This document shows positions 47,929 to 58,072 of a stretch of DNA of 64,000 bases, one piece after another; position 1 is the stretch's first letter, and each line of letters opens with the position of its first letter. A program made the translations under genes and the position numbers. The notes beneath the pieces are model-generated. The model did no database searches, had not been told where the DNA came from, and was given only the letters and a program-made list of their open reading frames with translations. This stretch comes from a virus. Its lineage: Duplodnaviria > Heunggongvirae > Uroviricota > Caudoviricetes. The DNA is taken from the IMG/VR virus record IMGVR_UViG_3300031857_000071, positions 18,271-82,270 of that record; one strand, given 5' to 3'.

Positions 47929-48165
47929 TTAGTATTCTCTCAGTCTCTTTATGGACTTCGGCTTTACTATGAGTATTCTACTCTTGGTTTTCGGGAATGG
48001 AAGGTCGAGGTGTACGGAAACTCTCGGTCCTTCTTCCATAGAGATTTCGGTGTCGTTTCCTACTGTACCGATAAATGGAACGCCTTCGTGCTTTCCATAT
48101 ACTCTATCACCCATCTCGAATGTCGGTTTGTATCTGTTCTCTCTGAAGTATTCAGCTAGGGTCAC
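47929..48165 (-). CDS. Hypothetical protein
   Basis: 78-aa ORF. Confidence 0.3.
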   Translation of the reverse strand: MTLAEYFRENRYKPTFEMGDRVYGKHEGVPFIGTVGNDTEISMEEGPRVSVHLDLPFPKTKSRILIVKPKSIKRLREY

Positions 48166-48342
48166 TTTCGTTCTCCTCTAGTCTCGCAGAATCAAATGCG
48201 GCTCTCAGCCAGAGTTTCAGGTACTCTTGGGTTTTATGGTCGTTTGTTTTATTCCCTGGAAAGGAGGAAAAAAATCGCTCTGACCGGAAGGAAAAACCCT
48301 CTAGTTCGTGAAACCAGTCCTCAAAGTTTTCGTATTCGTATC

Positions 48343-48603
48343 TCATTGGTGTTCAGAGATAAGTGTCTGGATTTTCTTCTTTACTTGGGATTTACAGAAG
48401 TCCATCATATCCTTATCGTATGTTGTGTATGTTCTATCTCTAAGGTCAGCTTCGTCCACGGCTTTCTCTGCTTCTCTCAGGGTGAGTTCAATAACTCTCT
48501 GTACAAAGCCATACTCTACTTCTTTTGAGGTATAGACTCTGTTTTCTTTCAGATAATCTACATTCGCTTTCTCGGCTATCTCAATCGTCTTTTCTGAAAT
48601 CAT
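48343..48603 (-). CDS. Hypothetical protein
   Basis: 86-aa ORF. Confidence 0.3.
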   Translation of the reverse strand: MISEKTIEIAEKANVDYLKENRVYTSKEVEYGFVQRVIELTLREAEKAVDEADLRDRTYTTYDKDMMDFCKSQVKKKIQTLISEHQ

Positions 48604-48809
48604 TTCTTTCCTTTGATTGTTGTTACCACATTACCAAATGTGACCATTGAGAGCCATACGACAGCACACCATGTTTCAAACTGGTACGGTATCGATAGTG
48701 AGAAAAGTGTGTTGAGTGACCAGATAGTAGCAATCGGTCCAAGAATAATTGCGGCGATACCAAGTGCAAGCCAACCAAAAATCGTAAATGTGTTCATTAA
48801 TCTATCCAT
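48600..48809 (-). CDS. Small membrane protein
   Basis: 69 aa, two hydrophobic helices. Confidence 0.3.
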   Translation of the reverse strand: MDRLMNTFTIFGWLALGIAAIILGPIATIWSLNTLFSLSIPYQFETWCAVVWLSMVTFGNVVTTIKGKK

Positions 48810-49192
48810 TCTAAAATTTCAAAATATTCTTCGACACGTTCCTTTGCATGTTCAAAGGATGTCGCAAGGACTTCTAGTGAAAGTATATCATCTTCGAGGT
48901 GCATTGTAAATGGACAATCGTTTGCTTTTTTGGAAGATATAGTATCACCAATATCAACTCTACCGTTTACAGTATAGAACTTACCGTTTTTAACTCTGTC
49001 AAGTACATCATACGTCTCCGTATGTATAGACACAACAGCATCGAACCATTTCTCGGCTTGTTGTTGTGTCTCAAATCTTGGTGAGAGTTCAGTTCCGGAA
49101 CTTGGATTAACCCAGAACCAAACCGGATCTTTCATATCCGTTTGTCTATACTTTATCAGAGCCGCTTTAAACTGCTTCTTCTGGAGTGTCAT
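48797..49192 (-). CDS. Hypothetical protein
   Basis: 131-aa ORF. Confidence 0.3.
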   Translation of the reverse strand: MTLQKKQFKAALIKYRQTDMKDPVWFWVNPSSGTELSPRFETQQQAEKWFDAVVSIHTETYDVLDRVKNGKFYTVNGRVDIGDTISSKKANDCPFTMHLEDDILSLEVLATSFEHAKERVEEYFEILEWID

Positions 49193-49743
49193 GGTTTCTT
49201 CGAAAAGAAAAGCTGGATTGAGATTCTAGGCTGTGCTGACGTTGATGTTGGTGTTGTACAATGCCATTCTCTCTCGGTTGAGTATACCGCAGTGTTGTAT
49301 TGTGGGCAGTAGAATTGACCCTGTTTCGGATTATAGCCATATTCGTCTACACCCTTGTTTTCTTCTGTCCATGCAAACCAACCACCCCAATTAGAATCCC
49401 ATTCTTTGTTGAGATAGATTGACATAGCATCATAGTCTGCATAGTCTGGATGCCAGTTTACACAAGACGTTTGATAACCAACGTAAAAGATGGCCGCAGA
49501 AGAATGTGGAAGATAATCCAACTTACTCCGGTTCACTAACTCATAGTAAATTGGATTCTTCCATTCATCAGCCAATGCACGTGAAAGAATTGTTCCTGAC
49601 GTAGCATACTTCAGGACATCTACCCACTTTGTTTGGTTTGATGCCCAAACATCACCCATCTTTGTTTCTTCGTTCCACGCAAGGAGTCTTTCAATAAACT
49701 CCTCAGAGAGAACATCTGTCAAAATTTTAATCATATCATGCAA
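49189..49743 (-). CDS. Hypothetical protein, possibly a divergent 2OG-Fe(II) oxygenase
   Basis: 184 aa; C-terminal PRISIQLFF resembles an RxS terminal strand. Weak. Confidence 0.25.
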   Translation of the reverse strand: MHDMIKILTDVLSEEFIERLLAWNEETKMGDVWASNQTKWVDVLKYATSGTILSRALADEWKNPIYYELVNRSKLDYLPHSSAAIFYVGYQTSCVNWHPDYADYDAMSIYLNKEWDSNWGGWFAWTEENKGVDEYGYNPKQGQFYCPQYNTAVYSTEREWHCTTPTSTSAQPRISIQLFFSKKP

Positions 49744-51934
49744 TTAAGTTAATGAAGCGGTTCAACACGATACGATTAGAAACACGATTGCTTGTGTACT
49801 TTGAGAAAGCAGAAACAAGCCCACGGGTCGTTGTTGAAGAAACTTCGAATTCATCATCTTCGTCAGTGTCCAGTTTGTCTGAACGGAGGAAGTAATATTC
49901 ATCGTATCCAACGTTATTTAGATACGTGAAGTTGTTCTTGCGGAAGTCTGCCACACGTTTTTCAGTTCCAGTCTGTTCAGCTTTCGGTGTGTAGAGATCC
50001 AGTGCATGGCGAACATCACGTAATCTTGCAACATAGAAACCAACCACGTTTGCATCTGTGCGTTGCTTCAACAGTTTGAGAAGTGCTGTCGTTTGGGAAA
50101 CACCACGACCACCATAACCATGGCCCTCAATAACTTCAACGGATGCTTTCGTTACTGTGTCACGGAAGAAACTCCGCATTTTCCAGTTAGAATCAGCATT
50201 CGATGTTTCATAACGTTCACCATCAATGGCTTCAATACGACCATACAGTGAAGAACCTTCACCATCAGTCAGGAACACAGTATTCACAATTTGAAGTTTA
50301 TTCTGTGTTTTGAATTGAGGAATCAGTTTGAATGCGGCAACTACGGCTTCATTCAGTGGAGTACCACCGAGTTCCAGAATTTCTGGAGGTTCCATGTTTG
50401 CACAAGTACCACGGCGACCAGTACCATAATCAAGGAGGTAGGATGCCATCTTAGAGAATTCATTTGCACTCATCTTATGAGAAAGAATATTGAGCAAAGA
50501 GAAATCATGGATAATCAAATCACCAACTTTCAACTTTTGTGGCTTCTTGTTTTGTTGCGTGAACATTTTTCCTGTTGTGAATGCATATACTTCGTAAGGA
50601 ATGTTTACCTTCTTGCAGAACATCACAAGGTTCAAAAGTTGCTTCACTGTCGGATTCATGTGGTCACACATAGAACCAGACCAATCGATGAACATGACCA
50701 GACCGTGAGACTTACCATTCGGCACTTTAGTGAGTCGAGCAAAAATGTCATCCGTAAATTTGAATTCATGGATCTTTGACATGTTGAGTTCACCTGTCTT
50801 TGAAATCTTCGCACGTGTTTGCTGTTCGGCATTCTTACGCATTTCGAATTCTTTGACAAGATAAGAAACGACCTTGTTTGATTCGTTCCGAAACTTGCTG
50901 AAATTTTGACGCATCTTGTCGGTATGAAACCATTCGGAACGAATTGGATCAGAATTGTGTCGTTCAACTTCGGAAATCAAAGTTTTGTGGTCAACAATGA
51001 TGTTTTCTAGAATCAGTTCGGGAATGTTAGAATACATAACATCTTTCCGCTTTTCACCAGAATACAATTCCTTTTCCTTTTCACGGAAAGAATTGTCAGT
51101 CTCTGATTCGATCTTAGTGTCGTCTGAACCAGCAGAACCTGTTCCACCAGTTTCAAGTGGAGATTCACCGTCTTTTTCTTCGGCTAGTTCTTCTTGACCT
51201 GAGGAACCAACGGTAAGGTCACCTTCTTTAGGATCACCTTCTTTTGGTTTTGTTTCGGACTTCTTTTGGTCTTCACCTTCACTGAGATCAAAATCCATGG
51301 AAACAGAAACATCAGATTTTTCACCAGGTTCTTCGTTTCCTCGTGTATTTCCAATTTGCGGTTGAATTTTTGGCTTCTCTGCTTGTTCTTTCATAAACTT
51401 TTGAATTTTCATGGCAATGGCCAGAGTTTCTTCAAACGTTTCAGCATCTTCAACTTCACGTACAAGTGTATATTCTTCGGAAGTGAAATCGATACCTTGA
51501 GCCGCACCACCTTTTGTGTAAAGATTGACACGGTCAATGAAATTCATGGAATTTAGGTCTTTACCTTCAGTACCAAAGAAATCCATTTCCATGAGTTCAC
51601 GATAACCTTTGACAAAGGAAATACGGATACCAGGAAATCTACGTTTGATTTTCTTTTCGATACGTGCATCTTCGCACACATTAAGAATTGAACGATTGAC
51701 TTTGAGGTCAACGACAGAATCGTGCCAACCTTTTTCAGGCGTTTCTAGTGCATGGCCAACTTCGTGACCGAGTAGAAGGTCAATAACTTCGTTGGAAAGA
51801 TTGCCGTTCAGAACAGGAACGGTGAGAACACGGTTTTTGATATCGAAAAATGCTGTCGGAACCTGACGTTGTTCTACAATCAGGTTTTCCGTAGCCATGA
51901 GGCGTGCAAGATTTGATTTTGATTCAACTAGCAT
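49736..51934 (-). CDS. VWA-domain protein with an N-terminal HExxH metallopeptidase-like motif and an acidic central region (CobT-like / vWA-MoxR-associated)
   Basis: LLLGHEVGHAL near the N-terminus. MIDAS motif MFIDWSGSM in the C-terminal half. Central D/E/K-rich segment. Confidence 0.5.
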   Translation of the reverse strand: MLVESKSNLARLMATENLIVEQRQVPTAFFDIKNRVLTVPVLNGNLSNEVIDLLLGHEVGHALETPEKGWHDSVVDLKVNRSILNVCEDARIEKKIKRRFPGIRISFVKGYRELMEMDFFGTEGKDLNSMNFIDRVNLYTKGGAAQGIDFTSEEYTLVREVEDAETFEETLAIAMKIQKFMKEQAEKPKIQPQIGNTRGNEEPGEKSDVSVSMDFDLSEGEDQKKSETKPKEGDPKEGDLTVGSSGQEELAEEKDGESPLETGGTGSAGSDDTKIESETDNSFREKEKELYSGEKRKDVMYSNIPELILENIIVDHKTLISEVERHNSDPIRSEWFHTDKMRQNFSKFRNESNKVVSYLVKEFEMRKNAEQQTRAKISKTGELNMSKIHEFKFTDDIFARLTKVPNGKSHGLVMFIDWSGSMCDHMNPTVKQLLNLVMFCKKVNIPYEVYAFTTGKMFTQQNKKPQKLKVGDLIIHDFSLLNILSHKMSANEFSKMASYLLDYGTGRRGTCANMEPPEILELGGTPLNEAVVAAFKLIPQFKTQNKLQIVNTVFLTDGEGSSLYGRIEAIDGERYETSNADSNWKMRSFFRDTVTKASVEVIEGHGYGGRGVSQTTALLKLLKQRTDANVVGFYVARLRDVRHALDLYTPKAEQTGTEKRVADFRKNNFTYLNNVGYDEYYFLRSDKLDTDEDDEFEVSSTTTRGLVSAFSKYTSNRVSNRIVLNRFINLIA

Positions 51935-52015
51935 GTGTTTCCTTGTGTGTTTGTAGTATGTATTATATCATACTGACAGGAAATGTCAAGTCATGTGTTG
52001 TTTTTTTGAGACAAA

Positions 52016-52384
52016 TCACTCTTTTTTAGTGATAATTAGTGTTCCGGCTTCGGAAACTTCAAGATTTAGTGTGTCACCTTCTCTCCAGCCGACTTCGGCA
52101 ATCATTTCCGGTGGAAAAGTCAGAATTCCGTCTCCGGATCCGTCTCCGGCGTCTTCGATGTACATTGGGCCATAAACTTTTGGCTTAGGATTTACCCATT
52201 GATGCACAACATCGGTTAATTCTTCCCACGGTTGTCGTTTTCCGACTAATTCCTTATCTAAAGCAAAATAAATGTCGTTTGCCAACTCAGGATCACTTTG
52301 AATTATCGCTTTTGCGAGTCTTTGCGTATCAGTGGACATGGTCGCAACCTGAAAAAACAATTTTCTTCTGTTTTTCTGCGACAA
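52016..52384 (-). CDS. Hypothetical protein with a possible C-terminal AbrB/MazE-like swapped-hairpin domain
   Basis: PPEMIAEVGWREGDTLNLEVSEAGTLIITKK. Confidence 0.3.
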   Translation of the reverse strand: MSQKNRRKLFFQVATMSTDTQRLAKAIIQSDPELANDIYFALDKELVGKRQPWEELTDVVHQWVNPKPKVYGPMYIEDAGDGSGDGILTFPPEMIAEVGWREGDTLNLEVSEAGTLIITKKE

Positions 52385-52598
52385 TCATTTCAACATGCAT
52401 TAATGTCTCCATAACTTCTTCATAACTCATTTTTTCCAACTCCTCGGAGATTTGTTGGACTTCACTTTCATTAAGCATAATTTTCCTTTTGGCGGTGCTT
52501 AGGTTGACGAATGTACTTGGTCTCAATCCTGTGTCTTTGTGCAGGTTTGATAGGAGTACGACAAACTGGTTTTGGTATCTTAATTAAAATTTTCATTT

Positions 52599-52934
52599 TT
52601 ATCTCCGCATTTTTGCCATGTCTTGTGCTTCCTCCACAGAAAATACAGGAACAGCATTGGACTTGTGGAGAGTGCCAATACCTAGAATTTTGTCACCGGT
52701 GTAAACTTGTTTAGGTTTAACCGTTGCGTTACCCATCATTTCAGGATTTAATGAGGGTACATTTTGTACCCCTCGAACAGGAGTGGAAAAACCATAAGTC
52801 CAAGGCTGAATATCACGTTTCACCTTTTTAGCAGTAGGAGTTTGGTGTTTAGCCAACCACTCTGCATACTCCTCTCGCTCTTTTTTAGGCTTGAGTTTAG
52901 GTTTAGACTTTTCTTGTCTCACATAAAACATCAT
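52599..52934 (-). CDS. Hypothetical basic protein
   Basis: 111-aa ORF. Confidence 0.3.
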   Translation of the reverse strand: MMFYVRQEKSKPKLKPKKEREEYAEWLAKHQTPTAKKVKRDIQPWTYGFSTPVRGVQNVPSLNPEMMGNATVKPKQVYTGDKILGIGTLHKSNAVPVFSVEEAQDMAKMRR

Positions 52935-53208
52935 AATATATCTCCAAAACGAATAACACTATTATACTCGTTCCACCGATAAAAGTCAAGTGGGTGTGTT
53001 GTATTTTTACAACTTACTGTATCGTTTTTCTATAAACCCATAATCATCATCTTCATGTTGACGCTGGCGCATTCTACGTAATTCCGCCGCTTCTTTTTTA
53101 CGCTTTTTGTTTCTGTTGAATTCTTTCGTTGAGTTATATTCATTAGAATATTCTTCTTCGAAAGGACGAAACTTAGGAACAAATTTTCCCACTTCTTTTT
53201 CTCCGTAG

Positions 53209-53631
53209 TTATAGTACATCAGGAATGTTATCATGGATAAACTTATATGTCAATCCCTTAACACCCAAATCTTTCTTAAAAATTCCAATAACAACATCCG
53301 CTTCACGTGGTTCGAGAGATTCCAATAAAACCATGAGAATTTCTTCTGCACGTTTTGTGGTCAATTTCTCGGCGGTTTCATTACCAACACGGAACATGTA
53401 AAGGCGTTTAAGTTCAGTATCAAGTGAGGCATAAGAGATTCCAGGTTTTGTATCTGGTTTTTTATATCTCGCTGGATAATCTTTAAACTTCCATTCCATC
53501 TCCGGTCGATATGCCAACTGGAGTACCAATTTTACTGTTGGTGTCCAATTGTTGGCAAGTACATTAATCTTATCTTGTTTCGAATTTGCTTTTGCGAATT
53601 CATCAAACACTTCATAAACATTTTTTCTCAT
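53209..53631 (-). CDS. Hypothetical protein
   Basis: 140-aa ORF; ATGA overlap with rnh. Confidence 0.3.
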   Translation of the reverse strand: MRKNVYEVFDEFAKANSKQDKINVLANNWTPTVKLVLQLAYRPEMEWKFKDYPARYKKPDTKPGISYASLDTELKRLYMFRVGNETAEKLTTKRAEEILMVLLESLEPREADVVIGIFKKDLGVKGLTYKFIHDNIPDVL

Positions 53632-54482
53632 TAAAATTCCTCAATTACTTCCATTAGGTTTTTCAGCTTCTTGTCCATGAAGTAATTAATCAACTTGGAA
53701 CGTGGAGCCGGCTTTGTGTTATTATATGTATCAATAATCGAATTTTTAATATCGCTAGGAATTTGTCTTAGGTCAATTAATGTTTGATTTCTTGAAAAAC
53801 CGATACGTGCATTCTCATCTTCCCAATCAGAATAGTTTTCATTCATCATTTTCTCAAGACGATTTTTATTGATAGGTGTTTGACGTAGGTCACGCACAAA
53901 ACAATCAGCAGGAGACAGAACATTAGGTATGCCATCACCTTTATCACCTTTGATGATTTTCTCTTTCAATTCAGCCAAAGCATCTTCGGACTTAATATAC
54001 TTTTTCTGTGCAGGATTGTATTGCTTAACATTCTTGTACATTTGAAGTTGTAGAAAGTCACCATCGCTGGATAGAATGAGGATTTTGTTGTCACCACCAG
54101 CATAGATTGGTGTAAGTGTGCCGATAATGTCATCGGCTTCTGCACCATCAACATCAATAACTTTGTATGGAAAGTTTTCTTTGAGTTCTTGCTTTAGATT
54201 GCCAAGAATGTCAAAAATGAGGTGCCAATCGAGGTCGGACTTTTCACGTGCCTTTTTACGACCAGCTTTGTAGAATGGAAAGAATTCTTTGCGCCAATAT
54301 TTTTTATTGTCACAACAAAGCACAACTTCACCATACTCTTGGCGAAATTGCTTAACGTGGCCACGGATGATATTGAGTACCAAGTGTCGCACTAAACCTT
54401 CTTCAAGTTTCACGTTTTTTTGACCAGCAATTTGTGCCATCAAGCCAGATAGCAAAACCTGGTTCAAATCAATGAGAATCAT
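53631..54482 (-). CDS. rnh: RNase H (5'-3' exonuclease, FEN family)
   Basis: Colinear with T4 RNase H: LIDLNQVLLS..., VVLCCDNKKYWRK, GRKKAREKSDLDW, IDVDGAEADDII, ILILSSDGDFLQL, KGDKGDGIP. Confidence 0.85.
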   Translation of the reverse strand: MILIDLNQVLLSGLMAQIAGQKNVKLEEGLVRHLVLNIIRGHVKQFRQEYGEVVLCCDNKKYWRKEFFPFYKAGRKKAREKSDLDWHLIFDILGNLKQELKENFPYKVIDVDGAEADDIIGTLTPIYAGGDNKILILSSDGDFLQLQMYKNVKQYNPAQKKYIKSEDALAELKEKIIKGDKGDGIPNVLSPADCFVRDLRQTPINKNRLEKMMNENYSDWEDENARIGFSRNQTLIDLRQIPSDIKNSIIDTYNNTKPAPRSKLINYFMDKKLKNLMEVIEEF

Positions 54483-54490
54483 TTTATACC

Positions 54491-55585
54491 TTATTTAATT
54501 ACTCGTAGAAGGATTATATCAGAATTTATACGACCTGTCAAGGCCTGTTCAACGGCATTAATATCCGAAAGAACTTTCCTAAGTGCAACTTTACCAGCTT
54601 TTAGTGTTGCGGGTAAAACAACTTCGGGTTTACGAATAGTTTTTTGAATGGAAGTTTCTTCGTTGAAATTAATGAGTGTTGTACCCTTAACATTCAATCC
54701 ACCGGAATCGGTGGCATTGTAACAACCGAGTTTGCGGGTTTTAGTGTTAAAGACCCACAACTGTGTAGCACCGAGGATATCAACAGGATTAATAGAAGCG
54801 GCCTTATATTCATTATCTTCCTTTTTGAATTGTAACTTTTCGATAATTTTATCTACAGGCTTGGCCTTCTTCTTCCTAGGCGCACGTGTGAGTTTTGCAG
54901 TATGTGCAATTTTTGCACAATCGTCAATGATGCGTTTTAGAAGTGAAGCATAGTCTTTCAATTCTTTTTTAGTCAGGAATGAATAACCTTCGACAAGTTG
55001 TTCGTCTTTGCCTTTAATAGCTTCTTCTATTTCTTCCAGTTTCTTTTCATACACGGGAATAATATGTTTCGTATGGGCACCTTTGATATCCAAGGTTTTC
55101 ATCAAATCATATGGATCAAAAACATCCTTGAATTCACGAACAGAGAAACAATCATCAATCGCACCTTCGATTTCACCGATATAGTCACGGGTTTTTTCAG
55201 CCACACGTTCTTGTATGGAAACAACAACCTTCGGTTCCGTTTCTTCAATTTCTTTTTTAATCGGAGATTTATTTTTCAAGTCTTCAATGAATGTGGTAAT
55301 CCATTGTTCGTTTTTCTCCGAAAGTGGTGCACCACGGAGTTTCATACGGCAAACGAAACCTAAATTTTGAAAATCGTCATCTGAAACCTTTTCGATCAAC
55401 TCGATTTCGGCTTTTGATGTGCCAATTTCTTTGAGATAAGAAAGTGTGAACTTTTTACTTTCTTTTGAATCGGAATGATAGTTGTACCAATTCAATGCGG
55501 TTGACAGTGAACTTTCGCCTTTTTTCCAAGACGGTTCACCGCCAGCCAGTGCTTTTTCGAATTCTTTAACTGATGCGTGTCTCAT
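54491..55585 (-). CDS. Hypothetical protein (364 aa) in the position occupied by dsbA and gene 33 in T4
   Basis: Long ORF coupled to rnh. No motif recognised. Confidence 0.35.
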   Translation of the reverse strand: MRHASVKEFEKALAGGEPSWKKGESSLSTALNWYNYHSDSKESKKFTLSYLKEIGTSKAEIELIEKVSDDDFQNLGFVCRMKLRGAPLSEKNEQWITTFIEDLKNKSPIKKEIEETEPKVVVSIQERVAEKTRDYIGEIEGAIDDCFSVREFKDVFDPYDLMKTLDIKGAHTKHIIPVYEKKLEEIEEAIKGKDEQLVEGYSFLTKKELKDYASLLKRIIDDCAKIAHTAKLTRAPRKKKAKPVDKIIEKLQFKKEDNEYKAASINPVDILGATQLWVFNTKTRKLGCYNATDSGGLNVKGTTLINFNEETSIQKTIRKPEVVLPATLKAGKVALRKVLSDINAVEQALTGRINSDIILLRVIK

Positions 55586-55847
55586 GTGTAGTAACAGCCT
55601 TAACAGAGTCGGTTCGGAAAGAACGCCAACCGTTACTTTCCATATCCCATACTGCTAGTGTATCAGGATTCTCTGCTCTTGGCAAACTCTCGGTCAAAAG
55701 TTGTTGCCCCTCTACAACAGGTTTTTGTGGTAGATATTCTGGTAGAAGTGTGCATTTCATTTCACGTTCCGTACCATCAATTTTAGTAAATACAACTGTA
55801 GAAACAGTATTGGACAAAATTTGTTTCAATTCATACTTATCAAACAT
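55566..55847 (-). CDS. Hypothetical protein
   Basis: 93-aa ORF. Confidence 0.3.
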   Translation of the reverse strand: MFDKYELKQILSNTVSTVVFTKIDGTEREMKCTLLPEYLPQKPVVEGQQLLTESLPRAENPDTLAVWDMESNGWRSFRTDSVKAVTTHETRIS

Positions 55848-56214
55848 CGTTCATTTCCTTTTCATAATATTCAATATACTCTGCCGTTCTTTCACTGAGT
55901 GCATCAAATGCCGCAGTTACGAACTCGTTAGAGGTTGTGGTAGTTTTAGCGACCATTCCCAAGAATCCATTATCTAACATATTTGTGATATAGTCAATAG
56001 GTGAAATCAAGATTGCCTGAAATTTTTCTGGCATTTTTGGTGGATCTTCTGGAAAGATAATAATATCATATAAATCACCATTTGAATTACCTGATATTTT
56101 CTCACCAGGGTCTTTATACTGAAATCCACAAATTTCCAAATCTCCATCATCATTTCGATAGAAATTTATACCATCAAATGGTTCAGTCTTTAATGCTTGC
56201 CAAGATTCGCTCAT
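55840..56214 (-). CDS. Hypothetical acidic protein
   Basis: 124-aa ORF. Confidence 0.3.
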   Translation of the reverse strand: MSESWQALKTEPFDGINFYRNDDGDLEICGFQYKDPGEKISGNSNGDLYDIIIFPEDPPKMPEKFQAILISPIDYITNMLDNGFLGMVAKTTTTSNEFVTAAFDALSERTAEYIEYYEKEMNDV

Positions 56215-56620
56215 TGAATGCCTTTATGTGGGTCTTTCGAACTTTTACCATAATCCATGCGTTATAATAATCTTCTGATTCTAATACGCATCTATCAAAT
56301 TGTTCTTTTGCTTCAAGATAACCACATTCACCTTTAGATTTACATAGGTGTATTATTTCTCTTTTAAATGAATGTGTACCATGTCGTTCCACATCACATT
56401 GTAATTCCGCATTTGAACCATAATAAGTTAACCAATCGGAAAATGATTTAACTTTTTTCCTTTTACCTTTAATTACTTTTGTTCTAACGGAATAGAAAAA
56501 CTTTTTACCTATGTATTTTTTACCTGTTGTTAAATGTGTTATTACATACACGAAACCATAATTGTCACCAATGTCTTGTTCTGTGAAATCTTTATCTTTA
56601 TAAATCCAATTTATTTCCAT
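56183..56620 (-). CDS. GIY-YIG endonuclease (seg-like homing endonuclease, short form)
   Basis: YGFVYVITHLTTGKKYIGKK GIY-YIG motif near the N-terminus. Confidence 0.55.
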   Translation of the reverse strand: MEINWIYKDKDFTEQDIGDNYGFVYVITHLTTGKKYIGKKFFYSVRTKVIKGKRKKVKSFSDWLTYYGSNAELQCDVERHGTHSFKREIIHLCKSKGECGYLEAKEQFDRCVLESEDYYNAWIMVKVRKTHIKAFNERILASIKD

Positions 56621-56796
56621 TCCTCGTTCTCATCAAAGTCCTCATCATCTATATATTCTTCGTTGAGGACTTCAATTCTTTCACCACAGAAGGGGCAAAA
56701 GGACGGGGATTCATCAGATACATAATCTTCTTCAAAAGCAACTTCAAAAGTTGATTCGCAATTTTCACATTCTGCTGTTATTAATTTTTCTGACAT
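56611..56796 (-). CDS. Small zinc-ribbon protein
   Basis: CENCES ... CPFCGE. Confidence 0.3.
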   Translation of the reverse strand: MSEKLITAECENCESTFEVAFEEDYVSDESPSFCPFCGERIEVLNEEYIDDEDFDENEEWK

Positions 56797-56805
56797 AGTT
56801 TCTCC

Positions 56806-57792
56806 TTAATTCGCCCAAACATCACCCCAGTTTCCTGTTGTGGCGCCTTTGGCATAGTCTGTTGCACGATTTTCAAAGAAATTTGTGTGTGTAGGTGCAT
56901 TAATCATTTCTTCAACCCATGGAAGTGGATTTTTCTTAACCTTCATAATACCCTTTAACCCAAGTGAGATAAGTCGGCGGTCAGTGATGTAACGGATATA
57001 TTTTTTAACATCCTCCGAATTCAAACCTTCCATAGCACCCATAGAGAATGCTAGGTCAATAAACTTGTCTTCAAGTTGAACCATCTTCTCTGCGATAGTA
57101 TAAATTCTACCCTTGAGTTCATCATTCCAAATTTCTTTGTTTTCTTCTATGTAGGTACGGAATAATTTAATCATTCCTTCGGCGTGCATCGTTTCGTCAA
57201 CAATAGACCAAGTAACAATCTGACCCATACCTTTCATCTTACCTGTACGTGGGAAGTTTAACAACATAATGAATGAAGAAAACAACTGCATACCTTCAGT
57301 GAATGCGGAGAATACTGCAATGTGTTCTGCTGTGGATTCTTTCGTTGAATTATGTGAAGAAATATCCATGACATAATCATGTTTATCTCTCATTTCCTGA
57401 TAGTCTAGGAATTGGTTATATGTTGTTTCTGGAAGACCGAGAGTTTCAATCAAGTGTGAATAAGCGGCAATATGAAGTGCCTCACGTGCGGCAAAACCGG
57501 ACAACATCATACGCACTTCTGGTTGTGGGAAATATGGCAGATAATTCCGTACATAACCACCAGCAACGTCAATATCACCTTGTGTGAAGAAACGGAAGAT
57601 GTGTGTTAAGAATTGTTTTTCTTCATCGGATAATTTATTCTTCCAATCCTTCACATCTTCTGACATTGGAACTTCTGTATGAAGCCAATGTGATTGTTCG
57701 TGTTTGAGCCATGCATCATATGCCCAAGGGTAGTTAAACGGTTTGAAATGATTTCTTTCATCTCTTAAACTTGTTGCATTCTTTTTAACCAT
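56806..57792 (-). CDS. nrdB: Ribonucleotide reductase class I beta subunit
   Basis: Ferritin-like fold with REALH and EGMQ-type iron ligand motifs; 328 aa. Confidence 0.85.
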   Translation of the reverse strand: MVKKNATSLRDERNHFKPFNYPWAYDAWLKHEQSHWLHTEVPMSEDVKDWKNKLSDEEKQFLTHIFRFFTQGDIDVAGGYVRNYLPYFPQPEVRMMLSGFAAREALHIAAYSHLIETLGLPETTYNQFLDYQEMRDKHDYVMDISSHNSTKESTAEHIAVFSAFTEGMQLFSSFIMLLNFPRTGKMKGMGQIVTWSIVDETMHAEGMIKLFRTYIEENKEIWNDELKGRIYTIAEKMVQLEDKFIDLAFSMGAMEGLNSEDVKKYIRYITDRRLISLGLKGIMKVKKNPLPWVEEMINAPTHTNFFENRATDYAKGATTGNWGDVWAN

Positions 57793-58072
57793 TAATCCAC
57801 TCCGTCAGTTGTTGCTTTGATTTCACACCAGTCATTCTTTTAACTTCTATGTTACCATCTTTCATAACAAGTGTTGGAACTGAACGAATGCCATATTCTA
57901 CAGCAAGATCAGAATGCACATCGATATCAACAACTTCAACAGGAACACCAGCATTGATTTCTTCTAGTGTCGTTGCCATTACTTTGCAGGGTTGGCACCA
58001 AGATGCCGTAAATCTTAAAATTCTTTTCATACTATTAGCACCATGAGGTTTTGGCTTCACCGTAATATTCAC
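57785..58072 (-). CDS. Thioredoxin/glutaredoxin-like redoxin (nrdC-like)
   Basis: WCQPCK active-site motif, 95 aa, overlaps the nrdB start. Confidence 0.6.
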   Translation of the reverse strand: MNITVKPKPHGANSMKRILRFTASWCQPCKVMATTLEEINAGVPVEVVDIDVHSDLAVEYGIRSVPTLVMKDGNIEVKRMTGVKSKQQLTEWING

